Below, piece after piece: positions 8,829 to 19,500 of a stretch of 64,000 nucleotides of DNA. This stretch comes from a virus. How positions within the stretch are numbered: the stretch's first letter is position 1; each line of letters opens with the position of its first letter. The notes under the pieces were generated by a model that worked only from the letters and a program-made list of their open reading frames with translations, did no database searches and was not told where the DNA came from. The stretch covers positions 1-64,000 of the IMG/VR virus record IMGVR_UViG_3300015242_000020. One strand, given 5' to 3'. A program made the position numbers and the translations under genes.

Positions 8829-9112
8829 TGCCCAACATCCTGATCGAGATCGAGGGCGTGCCCCGACCGGTGCGGGAGCTGAGTTGGGCCTACCGCCTGC
8901 CGTGCGGCTGCATCCAAGGCTGCATGCTCCCGGATGTGTTCGAGGAGGAGGCGGCCTGGCACCAGTGGTTTGAGGAGATTGGCCGCAAGCGGGAGCGCAG
9001 CCGGGAGATCAATAAGCAGCGCGCCACCGGTTACACCCTAACCCTGGAGGTTCGGAAGGCGATCACCGCCGAGATCGTCGGACCACCGTGCCCGCATAAG
9101 GAGGACAGATGA
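8828..9112 (+). CDS. hypothetical protein
   Basis: TGATG overlap; start moved to 8828. Confidence 0.65.
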   Translation: MPNILIEIEGVPRPVRELSWAYRLPCGCIQGCMLPDVFEEEAAWHQWFEEIGRKRERSREINKQRATGYTLTLEVRKAITAEIVGPPCPHKEDR

Positions 9113-9303
9113 CCGAGCGATACAAGCCCAAGGTGCTGCTGATCCTGCCGGGCAAGGGCAAGTGGGTGTACTGGGAGATCCTCGGAAACCTGGATTTCAT
9201 CCCCATCGGGAAGCGCAATGCAGCCATCGAGCTGTATGCCAGGACCGAGCCGATCGCCATCCGGAAATTAGCCAAGAAATTGCCAGAGCAGCTCATCTCA
9301 TGA
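9109..9303 (+). CDS. hypothetical protein
   Basis: ATGA overlap; GGAGG RBS. Confidence 0.6.
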   Translation: MTERYKPKVLLILPGKGKWVYWEILGNLDFIPIGKRNAAIELYARTEPIAIRKLAKKLPEQLIS

Positions 9304-9782
9304 CCGTGACTCCGGAGCGCGTCGCAGAGATTCGCGCAGCGTCGATCGAAGGCTCAGCGAATTGGGATAATCCGATCACTGATTGCCGCGATCTGTTGGA
9401 GTACGCTGATATGCTCAGGGCTTCGATCAGCCGGTACGAGGGCATGATCACATGGGGCACAAGCTGCTCAAACTGCGCCGACCTGCTGGACTCCTCATAC
9501 ATGGAAACCACACTGCGGGAAGAGGCTGAAGCTAAGGTCGCCCGGGTCGAGGCACTGTGGGCAGACAACGCAGTCAAGGGTGAGAGCGGCGGATCCGGGG
9601 GCGGCTGCTACATCACGCCTGATGAACTCCGGGCTGCGCTCGACGATACGACGCTGCCGACTTGGCAGGTCCAGCGAGATAACGGACCCTGGCTCACCGT
9701 GGAGTCCTGGGATGCGGCGCTGCGACTCAAGGGAGACCACCCGGATATCCAGATTCGGAAGTCCACCGATGCCACGACGTGA
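9300..9782 (+). CDS. hypothetical protein
   Basis: ATGA overlap; CxxC motif. Confidence 0.6.
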   Translation: MTVTPERVAEIRAASIEGSANWDNPITDCRDLLEYADMLRASISRYEGMITWGTSCSNCADLLDSSYMETTLREEAEAKVARVEALWADNAVKGESGGSGGGCYITPDELRAALDDTTLPTWQVQRDNGPWLTVESWDAALRLKGDHPDIQIRKSTDATT

Positions 9783-10191
9783 GTATCTGCTGCAGTTGAA
9801 ATGCCCGGTGTCTGGCTGTGATGACCCCTGGACCGCCTACAGCTACGACACCCAGCGGGATTACCGGGAGGGTATGAAGCGGTACGGCAGCACACATCGG
9901 TGCGTCCGGCATAGTCAGCCGGAAGAGGTGCTGGATCCGGCAGACAATCCCCGGACCAGCGTTACTTACGTGTCGGTCGCCAAGACCTACTACAACAACG
10001 TCGAGAAAGAACATCGTCCCTTGGGTTTGTTTTGGGTGAAGGAATCGAAGCTGACCGAGAATAACCCGTCCGGTAATGGATTCGTCTGGGGTCCCGGATT
10101 TAAGGCGTACGCCAAGGACTTTCCTGAGGGCACCCGAGTGACTATTACGGCAGAGGTGCTGGTTCCATCCCTGGAGGAGATTGATGACTGA
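9769..10191 (+). CDS. hypothetical protein
   Basis: Start moved to ATG 9769. Confidence 0.6.
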   Translation: MPRREYLLQLKCPVSGCDDPWTAYSYDTQRDYREGMKRYGSTHRCVRHSQPEEVLDPADNPRTSVTYVSVAKTYYNNVEKEHRPLGLFWVKESKLTENNPSGNGFVWGPGFKAYAKDFPEGTRVTITAEVLVPSLEEIDD

Positions 10192-10459
10192 CTACGCCGC
10201 TTTGAGCAGACGGCAGATAGAGGAGCGTCTTGCTGCTGCGGAGGCCCTGTGTGTGGCTTTTGCATGGTCGCCGGCTCGGTCATCAACTGACACCGAGAAG
10301 GCCGCGCACGAGCTGTGGCGTCGGTGGTCACAGATATCCGGTGACTCTTGCAACCCGCAGGATCACCCCGAGTTGTCGCCATCTGTGATTGCTGCGTTGG
10401 CGCGTCGGCGCGATGAGATCCGCGCGGAGACACTGAATCGACTGCACGGGGATGGCTGA
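10181..10459 (+). CDS. hypothetical protein
   Basis: GGAGGAG RBS; coupled. Confidence 0.6.
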   Translation: MMTDYAALSRRQIEERLAAAEALCVAFAWSPARSSTDTEKAAHELWRRWSQISGDSCNPQDHPELSPSVIAALARRRDEIRAETLNRLHGDG

Positions 10460-10461
10460 CC

Positions 10462-10728
10462 ATGAGCGAGCCGTTCTACGATCCGGCAACCTGGGCACCG
10501 CAGCCCGAGCTAGATCGAAAGCTGGCTGATGCGGAGATCAACGGTGAGGACGCCGAAGTGATGAAGGCGTTCGCCGAGTTTCTGACCAAAGCCTCGCTGA
10601 AGCCACATTCCCCAGGCGGAGACAAACCCACATCTGAGCAGATCCAGTGGACTCGGAATGCACTTCTCGATCCACAGTGGAGAGAGTTCATCGGACTGCC
10701 ACCGTTACCTGTCGAGGAGGATAAGTGA
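10462..10728 (+). CDS. hypothetical protein
   Basis: Tightly packed in the operon. Confidence 0.6.
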   Translation: MSEPFYDPATWAPQPELDRKLADAEINGEDAEVMKAFAEFLTKASLKPHSPGGDKPTSEQIQWTRNALLDPQWREFIGLPPLPVEEDK

Positions 10729-10973
10729 TGAGACACAGTATCGGGAACACCGAGGTACTGATCCGCGAGGCCGCCTACAACCTCGGCCTGAGAGAAGGCC
10801 ACGAAGGGGAGCGGAAGGCGATCGCCGACAGAGGAGACGTCATCGTCAGCCGCGAATCGATCGCTGCAGCTATCGAGCTGATCCAGGAGCACTGGGCCGG
10901 CTACGGGGATGAATCCGATGTTGGACGGCAGGCGTACGACGACCTTATAGCAGCAAGAGACCGCGATGTCTGA
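10725..10973 (+). CDS. hypothetical protein
   Basis: GAGGAGG RBS; overlap. Confidence 0.6.
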   Translation: MMRHSIGNTEVLIREAAYNLGLREGHEGERKAIADRGDVIVSRESIAAAIELIQEHWAGYGDESDVGRQAYDDLIAARDRDV

Positions 10974-11172
10974 CGACCGCACCCGGAAGATCGAAGTCGA
11001 TCCGGATCTACTGAAACGGCTGCGCGCGTACACGATCCAGTTGGGTTGGCCTGAAGAGGGCGTCGAATTCTGGCTCTCGCAGATGAGTAAAGACGCCACG
11101 ATTGTCGCCGACCTGCTCGCCGGCAACCCGCCGGTGAAATCCGGATCCAAGGAAGGAACAGAGACCCAGTGA
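10966..11172 (+). CDS. hypothetical protein
   Basis: Coupled ORF. Confidence 0.55.
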   Translation: MSDDRTRKIEVDPDLLKRLRAYTIQLGWPEEGVEFWLSQMSKDATIVADLLAGNPPVKSGSKEGTETQ

Positions 11173-11531
11173 CCGATGCGGTCTTCACCTCAGCTTCCTT
11201 GTTTGCTCGGGCTCGTGATGTCGCCAAAGACATTGAGATCCGGCGCCCGGGGTATCACCTGGCAGTCGGCCAGGACGACACCGGGATCTACTTCCAGATC
11301 TACTGCCAGCGACCGGACACCTACACCGAAGCGATGGGTGAGGGTCAGGGCGGCAAGCGCTACCTGGCGTATCACACCACCCCTGATGAGATGGTGCGGA
11401 TCGCCTTCAGCATTCTCGACGCCTACGACCACCACGAGGATCGAGAGGCCTTCCTCTACAAGGGCAAGCGGGTATTCGGTCCGCATATCACGATCGACGC
11501 TCTGATGAGCGTCGCGGACCAGGTGGACTGA
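11169..11531 (+). CDS. conserved actinophage hypothetical protein
   Basis: Motif HEDREAFLYKGKRVFGPH. Confidence 0.7.
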   Translation: MTDAVFTSASLFARARDVAKDIEIRRPGYHLAVGQDDTGIYFQIYCQRPDTYTEAMGEGQGGKRYLAYHTTPDEMVRIAFSILDAYDHHEDREAFLYKGKRVFGPHITIDALMSVADQVD

Positions 11532-11532
11532 G

Positions 11533-11859
11533 ATGACCAAGTACATCAGCATGCCGCAGGAGATCGACGCAGTCCGGTGGAATGGCGATATCAACGCGCT
11601 GTTCACCTTCGTCGGCGAGCTGCACCCGGAGCTGAGCGGCATCGGCTATATGACCATCGGGGGCAGCACCATCGCCGATCTGGCGCTCGGCAAGGAGATG
11701 GGCATGCGACTGGTCGGCAAGGACCTGCAGCTGATGACCATCGACGATCAGTGGGTGCCGTGTCTGTGGGGGCACTACGTGATCGCCGAGCCGGTGCCCA
11801 ATCGCTACTATCCGTGCGCCCCTGAGGTGCTGACCGCCAAGTACTGCGAGGTGGACTGA
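11533..11859 (+). CDS. conserved phage hypothetical protein
   Basis: AVRWNG...GHYVI...YPCAPEV..Y pattern. Confidence 0.7.
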   Translation: MTKYISMPQEIDAVRWNGDINALFTFVGELHPELSGIGYMTIGGSTIADLALGKEMGMRLVGKDLQLMTIDDQWVPCLWGHYVIAEPVPNRYYPCAPEVLTAKYCEVD

Positions 11860-11863
11860 GCCG

Positions 11864-12055
11864 GTGGCGATGACTGTCCTGGCCACCGTCGAGGCGGTCT
11901 ACCGGCACTGGGAGGCCGGCGACCGGACCTATCGGCTGCTGGATACCGACCGGTGGTGCTGGTGTGGCTCTCCCACCGTGGCCGATCGGCAGGAGCAGGC
12001 CATCTGTCTGGAGACTCCGTTTCACGCCCCGACTATTCGGCCACGCCATCGATGA
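11864..12055 (+). CDS. small hypothetical protein
   Basis: Last ORF of the operon; converges on the minus block. Confidence 0.45.
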   Translation: MAMTVLATVEAVYRHWEAGDRTYRLLDTDRWCWCGSPTVADRQEQAICLETPFHAPTIRPRHR

Positions 12056-12404
12056 TCTGCTGGCCGTGCAGGTCCAGCTCACCCAGGCTCATCGCGATCC
12101 GCCGAAACTGGATCTGGCTCCACAGGATTTCCACACCATGTGCAAAAGCGTCCGGGGCGATGGCCACCCCGATCGGCATCTCAGCGGTGCCGGCCAGCTG
12201 CATGGAGTATTCCGGGCAGCTCAGCGCCACGCACAGGCTCACACACGGGGTCAGGGCGGTCACAGGCTCACCGTCGTGCTCGCACTCCACCAGGATGTCG
12301 CTCAGCCGCACGCCGTAGGTCACCTCATCGGCGGGGTCGGCCAGGGACTCCAGGGTCAGCCGGGCCAGATCCCCCAGCTGCTCCTCCATGCTGTTCACTG
12401 CCAC
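12033..12404 (-). CDS. hypothetical protein
   Basis: AAGGAG RBS. Confidence 0.65.
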   Translation of the reverse strand: MAVNSMEEQLGDLARLTLESLADPADEVTYGVRLSDILVECEHDGEPVTALTPCVSLCVALSCPEYSMQLAGTAEMPIGVAIAPDAFAHGVEILWSQIQFRRIAMSLGELDLHGQQIIDGVAE

Positions 12405-12570
12405 CGTGGCTCCTTTGGGTGTCCTCCACCTCTTCGGCCGCTTTTATCCACAGCGCCGGCAGGGTCACCCACAGCGGGATCGGGCCAGATAGATCTATCC
12501 CCGCATAATGATCATCGGCGGCCACCCAGTGCATGCAGACCGGCCGGTTCTCCCAGTAGGCCCTAACCAC
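12325..12570 (-). CDS. possible small protein
   Basis: Fills the gap after the helicase but overlaps the next gene by 80 nt. Confidence 0.3.
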   Translation of the reverse strand: MVRAYWENRPVCMHWVAADDHYAGIDLSGPIPLWVTLPALWIKAAEEVEDTQRSHGGSEQHGGAAGGSGPADPGVPGRPRR

Positions 12571-14149
12571 CCAGCCGGGCCCGCTCGATGTAGCGACGCC
12601 GGATCTCAGCAGAGATCGCAGTCACGGCCGGGTCGATCAGCGTGTCGGCATCCACAGACAGCTCAGTGACCAGCTGGCGAGCCAGCTGGTGCTCCAGGGA
12701 TGCCTCATCGGGAGTCCCTCGGGCCACCTGCACCTGGATGTCCACCGAGTCATGGATGGAGTTGATCCGGTGGATCCGGTCCGAGCGCTGCTCGTGAATG
12801 GCCCACACCCCGGTGGGCTCGTAATGCAGCAGAGCATGTCCGCAGCCGAGGTTCAAACCTCTGCAGCCGGCGTCGGAGGACAGGAACAGCTGTCGATCGC
12901 CGCGTTTGAATGACTCGATGGCCTCGGTCTTCTGCCGCTGCCCGAGCGCGCCGTGGTTGATCGCCACGGTGAAACCATCCCGGGCCAGGGCATCAGCCAG
13001 CTCGGGGAGGACCGACTGGCCGAAAAAGGTGAAGATCACACCCTGCTCCGGCCCGAGCCGGGCCGCCCAGTCACACATCGCCTCAGTCTTGGCCGAGGGG
13101 ATCGCCTTCAGGCCCTCCGCGCCGACCTCCCAGACGATGCGCTGAGCCAGCTGTCCCTGGGAGCGCAGGATCGAGGCCGGGTGTCCGGCGATCTGTCGCA
13201 GCGTGCCGTAGGCCCGCTCGACCTGGGCGTCGTCTTCGATATCGACCAGGGAGGCCACCGTGGTCAGGAAGTCCTGGTGCCGGGGATGTAGGTCGATGAA
13301 GGTGGGAGCCTCCTCGACCTTGATCGGAAACTGATCCCGGATATCGGGGTCGCTCTTGCGCTTGCGGATCACCAGGTGGCTGACTAGCTCGGTCAGCGTC
13401 GGGATGTCTTTCTCGATCCGGGTGCTCGGCTCGATGTTCTTCCACTTGATCGGCACGCCGTAGTCGTCCTTGAGCAGCACGTAGCAGGCCTCGAACTGCG
13501 CCACCGTGGGCATGTGCTCGGGATCCATCAGCCGGGCGATGTTGAAGAAGTTATCCGGTCCGGTCTCTACCGGGGTCCCGGTCAGCCCGAGCACTCGCAA
13601 GTGGTCGGGTTTGCGCAGCTGCTTCAGGGCGTAGTCGTGGGCCTTGTACCGGCTGGAGGAGCGGTTACGCAGCTTCTGCACCTCGTCGTAGACCACCAGG
13701 GTGCGCTGCGGCACCAGATACTGCAGGAGTGGTCCGACGGCGAGCACTTTGCGGGTCTTCGGCTTGATCGTGCAGAAGTCCTTGGCCGCCGTCTCATAGG
13801 TGGTGATCAGCACTTCGGGGGGATCGGCCAGCACCTTGGCCCGCTGCTGGCCGAGGTAGACCTTGGCGGAGAGCCGGGTGAACTGGGCGAAGTCTTGGCG
13901 CCACTCGGCTAGCTTGATCGACTCACATACGATCAACACCCGGTCGATCAGGTCGTCTTCGAACAGCATTGCGGCCGTCGCCATGGCCAGATGGCTCTTA
14001 CCAGTGCCGAGATCAAAGATCGGCAGCATGGCCTTGGCGTAGTAGATCGAGGCCACCGCATCGGCCTGAAACGGATACAGGGTGGACAGATAGAGCGAGC
14101 CCCGGGCCTGCGGTGGAAGATCCAACAGATGGCCCGGGGTCTCGGTCAT
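12563..14149 (-). CDS. SNF2-family helicase
   Basis: DLGTGKS, VYDEVQ, GLTGTP, SSDAGCRGLNL and QRSDRIHR. Confidence 0.9.
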   Translation of the reverse strand: MTETPGHLLDLPPQARGSLYLSTLYPFQADAVASIYYAKAMLPIFDLGTGKSHLAMATAAMLFEDDLIDRVLIVCESIKLAEWRQDFAQFTRLSAKVYLGQQRAKVLADPPEVLITTYETAAKDFCTIKPKTRKVLAVGPLLQYLVPQRTLVVYDEVQKLRNRSSSRYKAHDYALKQLRKPDHLRVLGLTGTPVETGPDNFFNIARLMDPEHMPTVAQFEACYVLLKDDYGVPIKWKNIEPSTRIEKDIPTLTELVSHLVIRKRKSDPDIRDQFPIKVEEAPTFIDLHPRHQDFLTTVASLVDIEDDAQVERAYGTLRQIAGHPASILRSQGQLAQRIVWEVGAEGLKAIPSAKTEAMCDWAARLGPEQGVIFTFFGQSVLPELADALARDGFTVAINHGALGQRQKTEAIESFKRGDRQLFLSSDAGCRGLNLGCGHALLHYEPTGVWAIHEQRSDRIHRINSIHDSVDIQVQVARGTPDEASLEHQLARQLVTELSVDADTLIDPAVTAISAEIRRRYIERARLGG

Positions 14150-14168
14150 AAAGTGACTATAAGCTTTC

Positions 14169-14486
14169 TTAGTGGATGCTGGCTACCTCGGGCACGACCA
14201 CCGAGAATCGCCAGGAGACGGAGAATCCGACCTCCTCATCCGGCACCGCGACCGGGCGCACGGCGATGGTCTCACCGTTGAGCTGCAGCTCGGCGGTCAG
14301 AAACGGGGTGGTGACCCAGCACTGCGGGGCGAAGTCGGCCTCGATCACGATCGAGTCGACGGCCAGGGACCTGGCGGCCGGTGACACGGCACCCCCGACG
14401 GCGATCCCCCACTCGCCCTGGTCGTGGCAGGCCAGCTCAAGGAGATGGGCAGCGTGGACAGTGCGTGCGACGACGGAATCGAGCAC
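14169..14486 (-). CDS. hypothetical protein
   Basis: GGAAGG RBS; GTG start. Confidence 0.6.
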   Translation of the reverse strand: MLDSVVARTVHAAHLLELACHDQGEWGIAVGGAVSPAARSLAVDSIVIEADFAPQCWVTTPFLTAELQLNGETIAVRPVAVPDEEVGFSVSWRFSVVVPEVASIH

Positions 14487-14601
14487 GGTGCACCTTCCTA
14501 CCCTTTCAGCCTAAATAGAAGTATCTCTCTGGTGAGAATGCATGACAGATCAAGGACTGTCCAGTCTGATCCAGCAACTATTGCCCGTGCTATTCCGTGG
14601 A

Positions 14602-16548
14602 CTACCCGTTCTGCAGCAGCATGAACCGGAAGCTGACCCCTGATGTGGTGGATGCCTGGGTGCCATTGCCGAGGGTGAAGTACAGCGTGATCGCCGAACT
14701 CGTCACCGCCAGCACATGCGGCTCATAGGTGGTGGTCAAGGAGCCTCCGGACTGTCCACACACCACCAGACCGTCGGGGATCTCCCCGAGCGGGTTGGTC
14801 CAGGTGAATCGGCCGGCCGCCGTGGTGGTGATGCCTCCCACGGAGCCTGCGGTGATGACCTGCAGGCCATGGCCGCCGATGAGGATGGAGCCCATCGACA
14901 GCTGCCCAGTCACCGTGCCGGTGCCGGCTACCGTCAGGTTGCGCCCGGCCACCACATCCCGGCCGGCGTTGAGGTCACGCGGCCGGTTGGCCGCTGCCGC
15001 ACCGATGTCGGAGGCGTTGTCGGTGTTGAAGTCCAGCACACCCCCGAGCCGCAGCGCGGTGGTGTTGGAGGCATTGGCCAGCAGGATCGCAGCCACCTCG
15101 GCGGCGACCGTGGAGAGGGTCAGCGGCGTGATCGCTTTGGTGGAGTCTCGGAAGTAGTGGTGGTCCCCGGTGTAGTAAAGGCTCTTGGGCTGGGTCGCAC
15201 CGTTTTGCACGGCCGAGCCCTGGTTGCCGAAGTACACCGCACCGAGCTGGACATTGCCCGAGTCCGAAACCTGCACGCCTGCACCACCAGGAGAGGTGGG
15301 CTTGGGAGTCAGGGTGTAGTTCTGGGTCTTAACGGTGCCGGCGGAGTCGTCGGTGTAGACGTTGGAGGTTTGCCCGGAGCTGTCCACTATTCCCGCAGCG
15401 GTGGCACCAGCAGCTGCACCCTCCAGGGCCACCACGGTGTTGGTGACACCGGATTCCAGGGTGACGTTGGCGCCCTGGAATCCCTTCGTCCCGACCACCC
15501 GGTTGCCGGACTGGCTGATGTCTACGCCGGTGTCGATATCGGTGGCTGTGGTGCCCTTGCCTGGGATCAGCCCGGACACCGTGTTGCCGCCTACGTCGCT
15601 GACCGGCGGGGCCAGCCGGATGAACGCGGTGGCCGTGGCTCCGGAGGTCTTCACGCAGCCGGAGAAGGTCATGTTGGACAGCACCGAGCCGTTACCCTTG
15701 TGCGAGATGATCTCCCCGTTGGTGGGCAGGTGCAGCGAGTCGAACATCAGGTCGGTGAAGGAGTTGCCCGAGGAGGACAGCCCAGAGGCGGCGTCGAAGA
15801 CCCGCACCGCACCGGAGGCCCCCACATCGGCGGTGCTCAGCAGCGAGTGCAGCAGGATCGTGGAGAACCGGCAGCCCAGCACCGAGGCGGCGGAGATCCA
15901 GGCCACGTCGTTGGCGAGTGCCCCCACCGGGTTGGTGATCAGAATCCGGGAGAAGTCGCAGTAGTTGGCCCCGTTGATCGACAGTGGCGCGGCGCCACAG
16001 GCGGTGATGGTGAGGTCGGAGAAGCTGGCGTTGATCGCGGCGGGCAGCAGGATGCCGCACTTCACTCCGCCAGTGTCTGTGGTGCCATCCCCGACGATGT
16101 TGAACCCGGAGAAGACCGCCCGGCCGCCGTAGTCCGGCCACCGGTACCCGGTGAAGTTCAGCACCGGCCCGGTCTGGGACATGCACTTCAGGGTGGTGCC
16201 GCCAGCGACCGAGGCGGAATTCTGGCAGCCATCACCCCTGATCACCGAGGAGTAGCCCGACAGCGGCAGCGTCCCGGTGATCACATAGGTGCCGGTCGGG
16301 AAGTAGATGACCTTCCGGCCGCCGGAGTTTTCCGCTGCCTGAAAGGCCGCCTTGATCGCGGCAGTGTCATCGGCGGTGCCGTTGCCCACCGCGCCGAAGG
16401 ACCGCACGTTGTAGGGCATGTAGGCGGCGGTGGCGCCGCCGGCACCGGACTGGGCCAGCACCTGGAGGTAGTCGGCGGTCGCGTTGTGGTCGGTGATGTG
16501 CCCAGCGTCCCCGGCTTGGACCCCCTGGGTAGGCAGCGGAACGGTCAT
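14602..16548 (-). CDS. tail fiber/tailspike with pectate-lyase-3 beta-helix (depolymerase/RBP)
   Basis: NVRSFGAVGNGTADDTAAIKAA...IYFPTGTY; follows the baseplate genes. Confidence 0.85.
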   Translation of the reverse strand: MTVPLPTQGVQAGDAGHITDHNATADYLQVLAQSGAGGATAAYMPYNVRSFGAVGNGTADDTAAIKAAFQAAENSGGRKVIYFPTGTYVITGTLPLSGYSSVIRGDGCQNSASVAGGTTLKCMSQTGPVLNFTGYRWPDYGGRAVFSGFNIVGDGTTDTGGVKCGILLPAAINASFSDLTITACGAAPLSINGANYCDFSRILITNPVGALANDVAWISAASVLGCRFSTILLHSLLSTADVGASGAVRVFDAASGLSSSGNSFTDLMFDSLHLPTNGEIISHKGNGSVLSNMTFSGCVKTSGATATAFIRLAPPVSDVGGNTVSGLIPGKGTTATDIDTGVDISQSGNRVVGTKGFQGANVTLESGVTNTVVALEGAAAGATAAGIVDSSGQTSNVYTDDSAGTVKTQNYTLTPKPTSPGGAGVQVSDSGNVQLGAVYFGNQGSAVQNGATQPKSLYYTGDHHYFRDSTKAITPLTLSTVAAEVAAILLANASNTTALRLGGVLDFNTDNASDIGAAAANRPRDLNAGRDVVAGRNLTVAGTGTVTGQLSMGSILIGGHGLQVITAGSVGGITTTAAGRFTWTNPLGEIPDGLVVCGQSGGSLTTTYEPHVLAVTSSAITLYFTLGNGTQASTTSGVSFRFMLLQNG

Positions 16549-16550
16549 GA

Positions 16551-19500
16551 TTAGTACCCATCCGTGTAGGTATCGGAGTATGTGTCGCTGGGCGGAGTGG
16601 CGCCGCCGCCATCAGGTGGTGGCGTAATGCCGCCACCCTCCACCGGAGCGGCCAGCACCGGCGGGATAGCCGGGACCGGGTCCCACCAGGAGCGCGGGAT
16701 CGGGGCATCCCAGGCCTGCCACATCGGGTCGGTCTCGATCGGTGGGTACTGATCGACCACCGAGCGGTTGGGACCGGACACGCTCAGCGCGGTGTTGGTC
16801 GGCCGGGTCCGCAGCAGCCCCTCATACCAGGGCCGAATCGATAGCGCCGAGACGCTGGCCCCGGGGGTATACATCCGCAGCCGCCACTTCAGCTCGTTCC
16901 CGGAGACCGGCAGGGACAGCACCCCGTGGGGGTTGTTCACCACCCCGAACGAGTCATGCCAGGTGGTGCCACCGTCCACAGAGAAGCTCCAGGACACCGG
17001 CTCGTCGTAGAGGCTGAACCGTTCGACCGTCCAGTTGTCGGTGGTGCCGCCGATCTGGTCGAGCCGGACATAGACGTTGCCGGTGATCGGGGTGGATTCA
17101 TACGTGCCGTAGATGCCGGCCTCCAGCACCCCGTAGGTCTCACCCTCGATATCGCCGTACTTCTTCGGGATCTCCGCCGAGCCCACGATGTAGCCGACGC
17201 TGAAGTAGTCGGTCTGCCCGGCATAGAACATCTTCTGGGTGCTGACCAGCACCGTGTCGGTCAGCGCCGAGACGATCGAGAGCCGCAGCGGGGACTTCAG
17301 CGTCTGCGCGGCCGTCACCCGGGCGGCGGCGTAGAGCTGGCCGCCGTTGAGCGGCACGATCTGGCTGGACCGGATCCCGCCGTTGGCGTGCCCGCCAGGC
17401 TGTCCACCCTCCAGCTGGGAGTAGTCCAGGCCCTCCAGGTTGCCGTAGGTGCCGTAGACGTTCTGCTGGCGTGGACCCAGGTTGACCGAGTGCACCTGCC
17501 AGGAGCCGGGGTTGGCCACGGTGCCGAAATGCCCTGCGGTCAGCCGTACGGTCACCTCGGCGAGATTCCAGGTGATGGCGGTGTCGGCGACCTGCCGCTG
17601 CGCGGTCCAGGTGTTGCCGTCGGCGGAGGTCTCCCAGTAGACGTTCGAGCCGTCGTTACGGATCCGCCACCACACCTGGGTGGGATCCCAAGTCAGGGTG
17701 GTATCGGAGTTGATCCCCGACGAGCGCAGCCGCATCCGCAGCATGCCGGCGGACTTGCCGATCCCGATCAGGGAATCGGTGCCATCATCGGCCACCACCT
17801 GCAACAGGGCCTCGGTGTCGCCTGTATCGCCACCAGCGGCCGGCAGTGGCATCCCCGCACTGAAGACCTCGACCTGGCTGCCCAGGAGCGTCAGCGGCGC
17901 GCTGGCGGCCGTCTGCAGCACGCTGTAGGTGGTCCCGGCCGGCAGCGAGGCGATCCCGTCCTCCACTGTGGGACTGCCCGCCTGGGAGGCCCACACGTCA
18001 GAGATCCCCGAGGCGAAGGAGTCCACTACCGAGCCGACTGTGCCGGCGGTGTCGGCGGTGTCGATCTCCAGGTCGCCGTAGGTGAGCCGGAAGAAGCCTC
18101 GGTGCACGTCCATCGAGCCGTAGTGCGGCTTGAGCACCGCGTCGCCGTAGGCCTGCCAGTAGGGCGAGTTGTCATCGGCGGTGAAGTAGTCATCGGGCAG
18201 CACCTGGAAGTTGGCCGACTGCTGGGTGGCGTACTGCAGCGCGCGCACGTTCGAGGTGGAGGTGAAGGTCTCGGAGATGACCTCGCAGAAGCCGCCCTGG
18301 CTGGTGATCAGTCCCGGCGCGATGTCGACCCCGTTGAAGGAGGCGACGTGCACATCGTCGGTGAACTGCTCGACGTAGCAGTCGGTGTCGTTGTCGACCA
18401 GGTAATCCAGTCGGAACGCCTGCAGGGACTTGATCCCGACGAAGTAGCCGACCTTGGTGACGTGCTCGATCTCGACGGTCTCATAGGTGTGCCGGGTGGT
18501 CTGCAGAAACTGCGGTGCCGAGGAGCCCACGTGCCACGGCTGGAATCCCCAGATCCAGCCGGTGGAGGCGATCTGGGCAGCGGTGGCCGGGTCGTTGGCC
18601 ACCAGCGCAGCGGTGGGGTTGTGCGAGGAGCTGGAGGTCATCGCCTGCAAGGTCGCCACCGCGTCGGCATACTGCCCGGTGGTCAGGGCCTGGGAGGATG
18701 CCACGCCGGGCACGTTGGCCATCGTGGAGGATCGGGAGGATGCAGCGCCGGCCACCGCCTGCCAGTTCTGCACCGTGGTGGTGTTGAAGATCTTGAAGCT
18801 GCGCTTGATCGGGACAAAGTTCTCGTACGTCTCCGGGATCAGGTTGGTGAACTCGAACTTGAAGAACTTGGCCTTGGTCGGCGGGATATCCAGCATGCCG
18901 CGCTTCAGCGCGTAGTCCCGAGCCACCGGGGTCCACACCACGTCATCGAAGATATTGCCCACACCACCGACCAGGGCGGCCGGGCAGAGGGTCGCATCCG
19001 CCAGCGGAGGATCGAGCCGCAAGATAGAATTATCTGTGGTGTGAGTGTCGTCGGCCTCATACGGCGACCGGTGCACGTAATTCACCGAGTCCGCCAGATA
19101 TTTGTTGATATCGGTCTGGCTGGCCGGAACGGTCTTGAGGATGAAGTTACGGATCGAGATCCCCGGGATGCCCGGGTTGTTGGTGTCGGGGTATCCGCAG
19201 ATCCGCAGATTCGCGGGGTTGACGCCAAAGGGCGCCATCGCGAACGTCTGTGACACGGCCGGGTATTCACCGAGCTGATAGATCAGGGTGAGGCCGGCGT
19301 AGAAGTCGGCGGTGTCATGTGTGTTGTAGACGACCACAATCCGCCAGGTCGAGCCGAGCTGCTGGTGATCATCGAACGGAATGAACGCGGCCTGATTCTG
19401 GGAGTTGACGAACCGTACGCCACCGGGCACCGACTGCAGTACGTTCTGACCCCAGGAGAATATCGGGTGGGTCAGATCCGAATAGTGAATGTTGGGATCC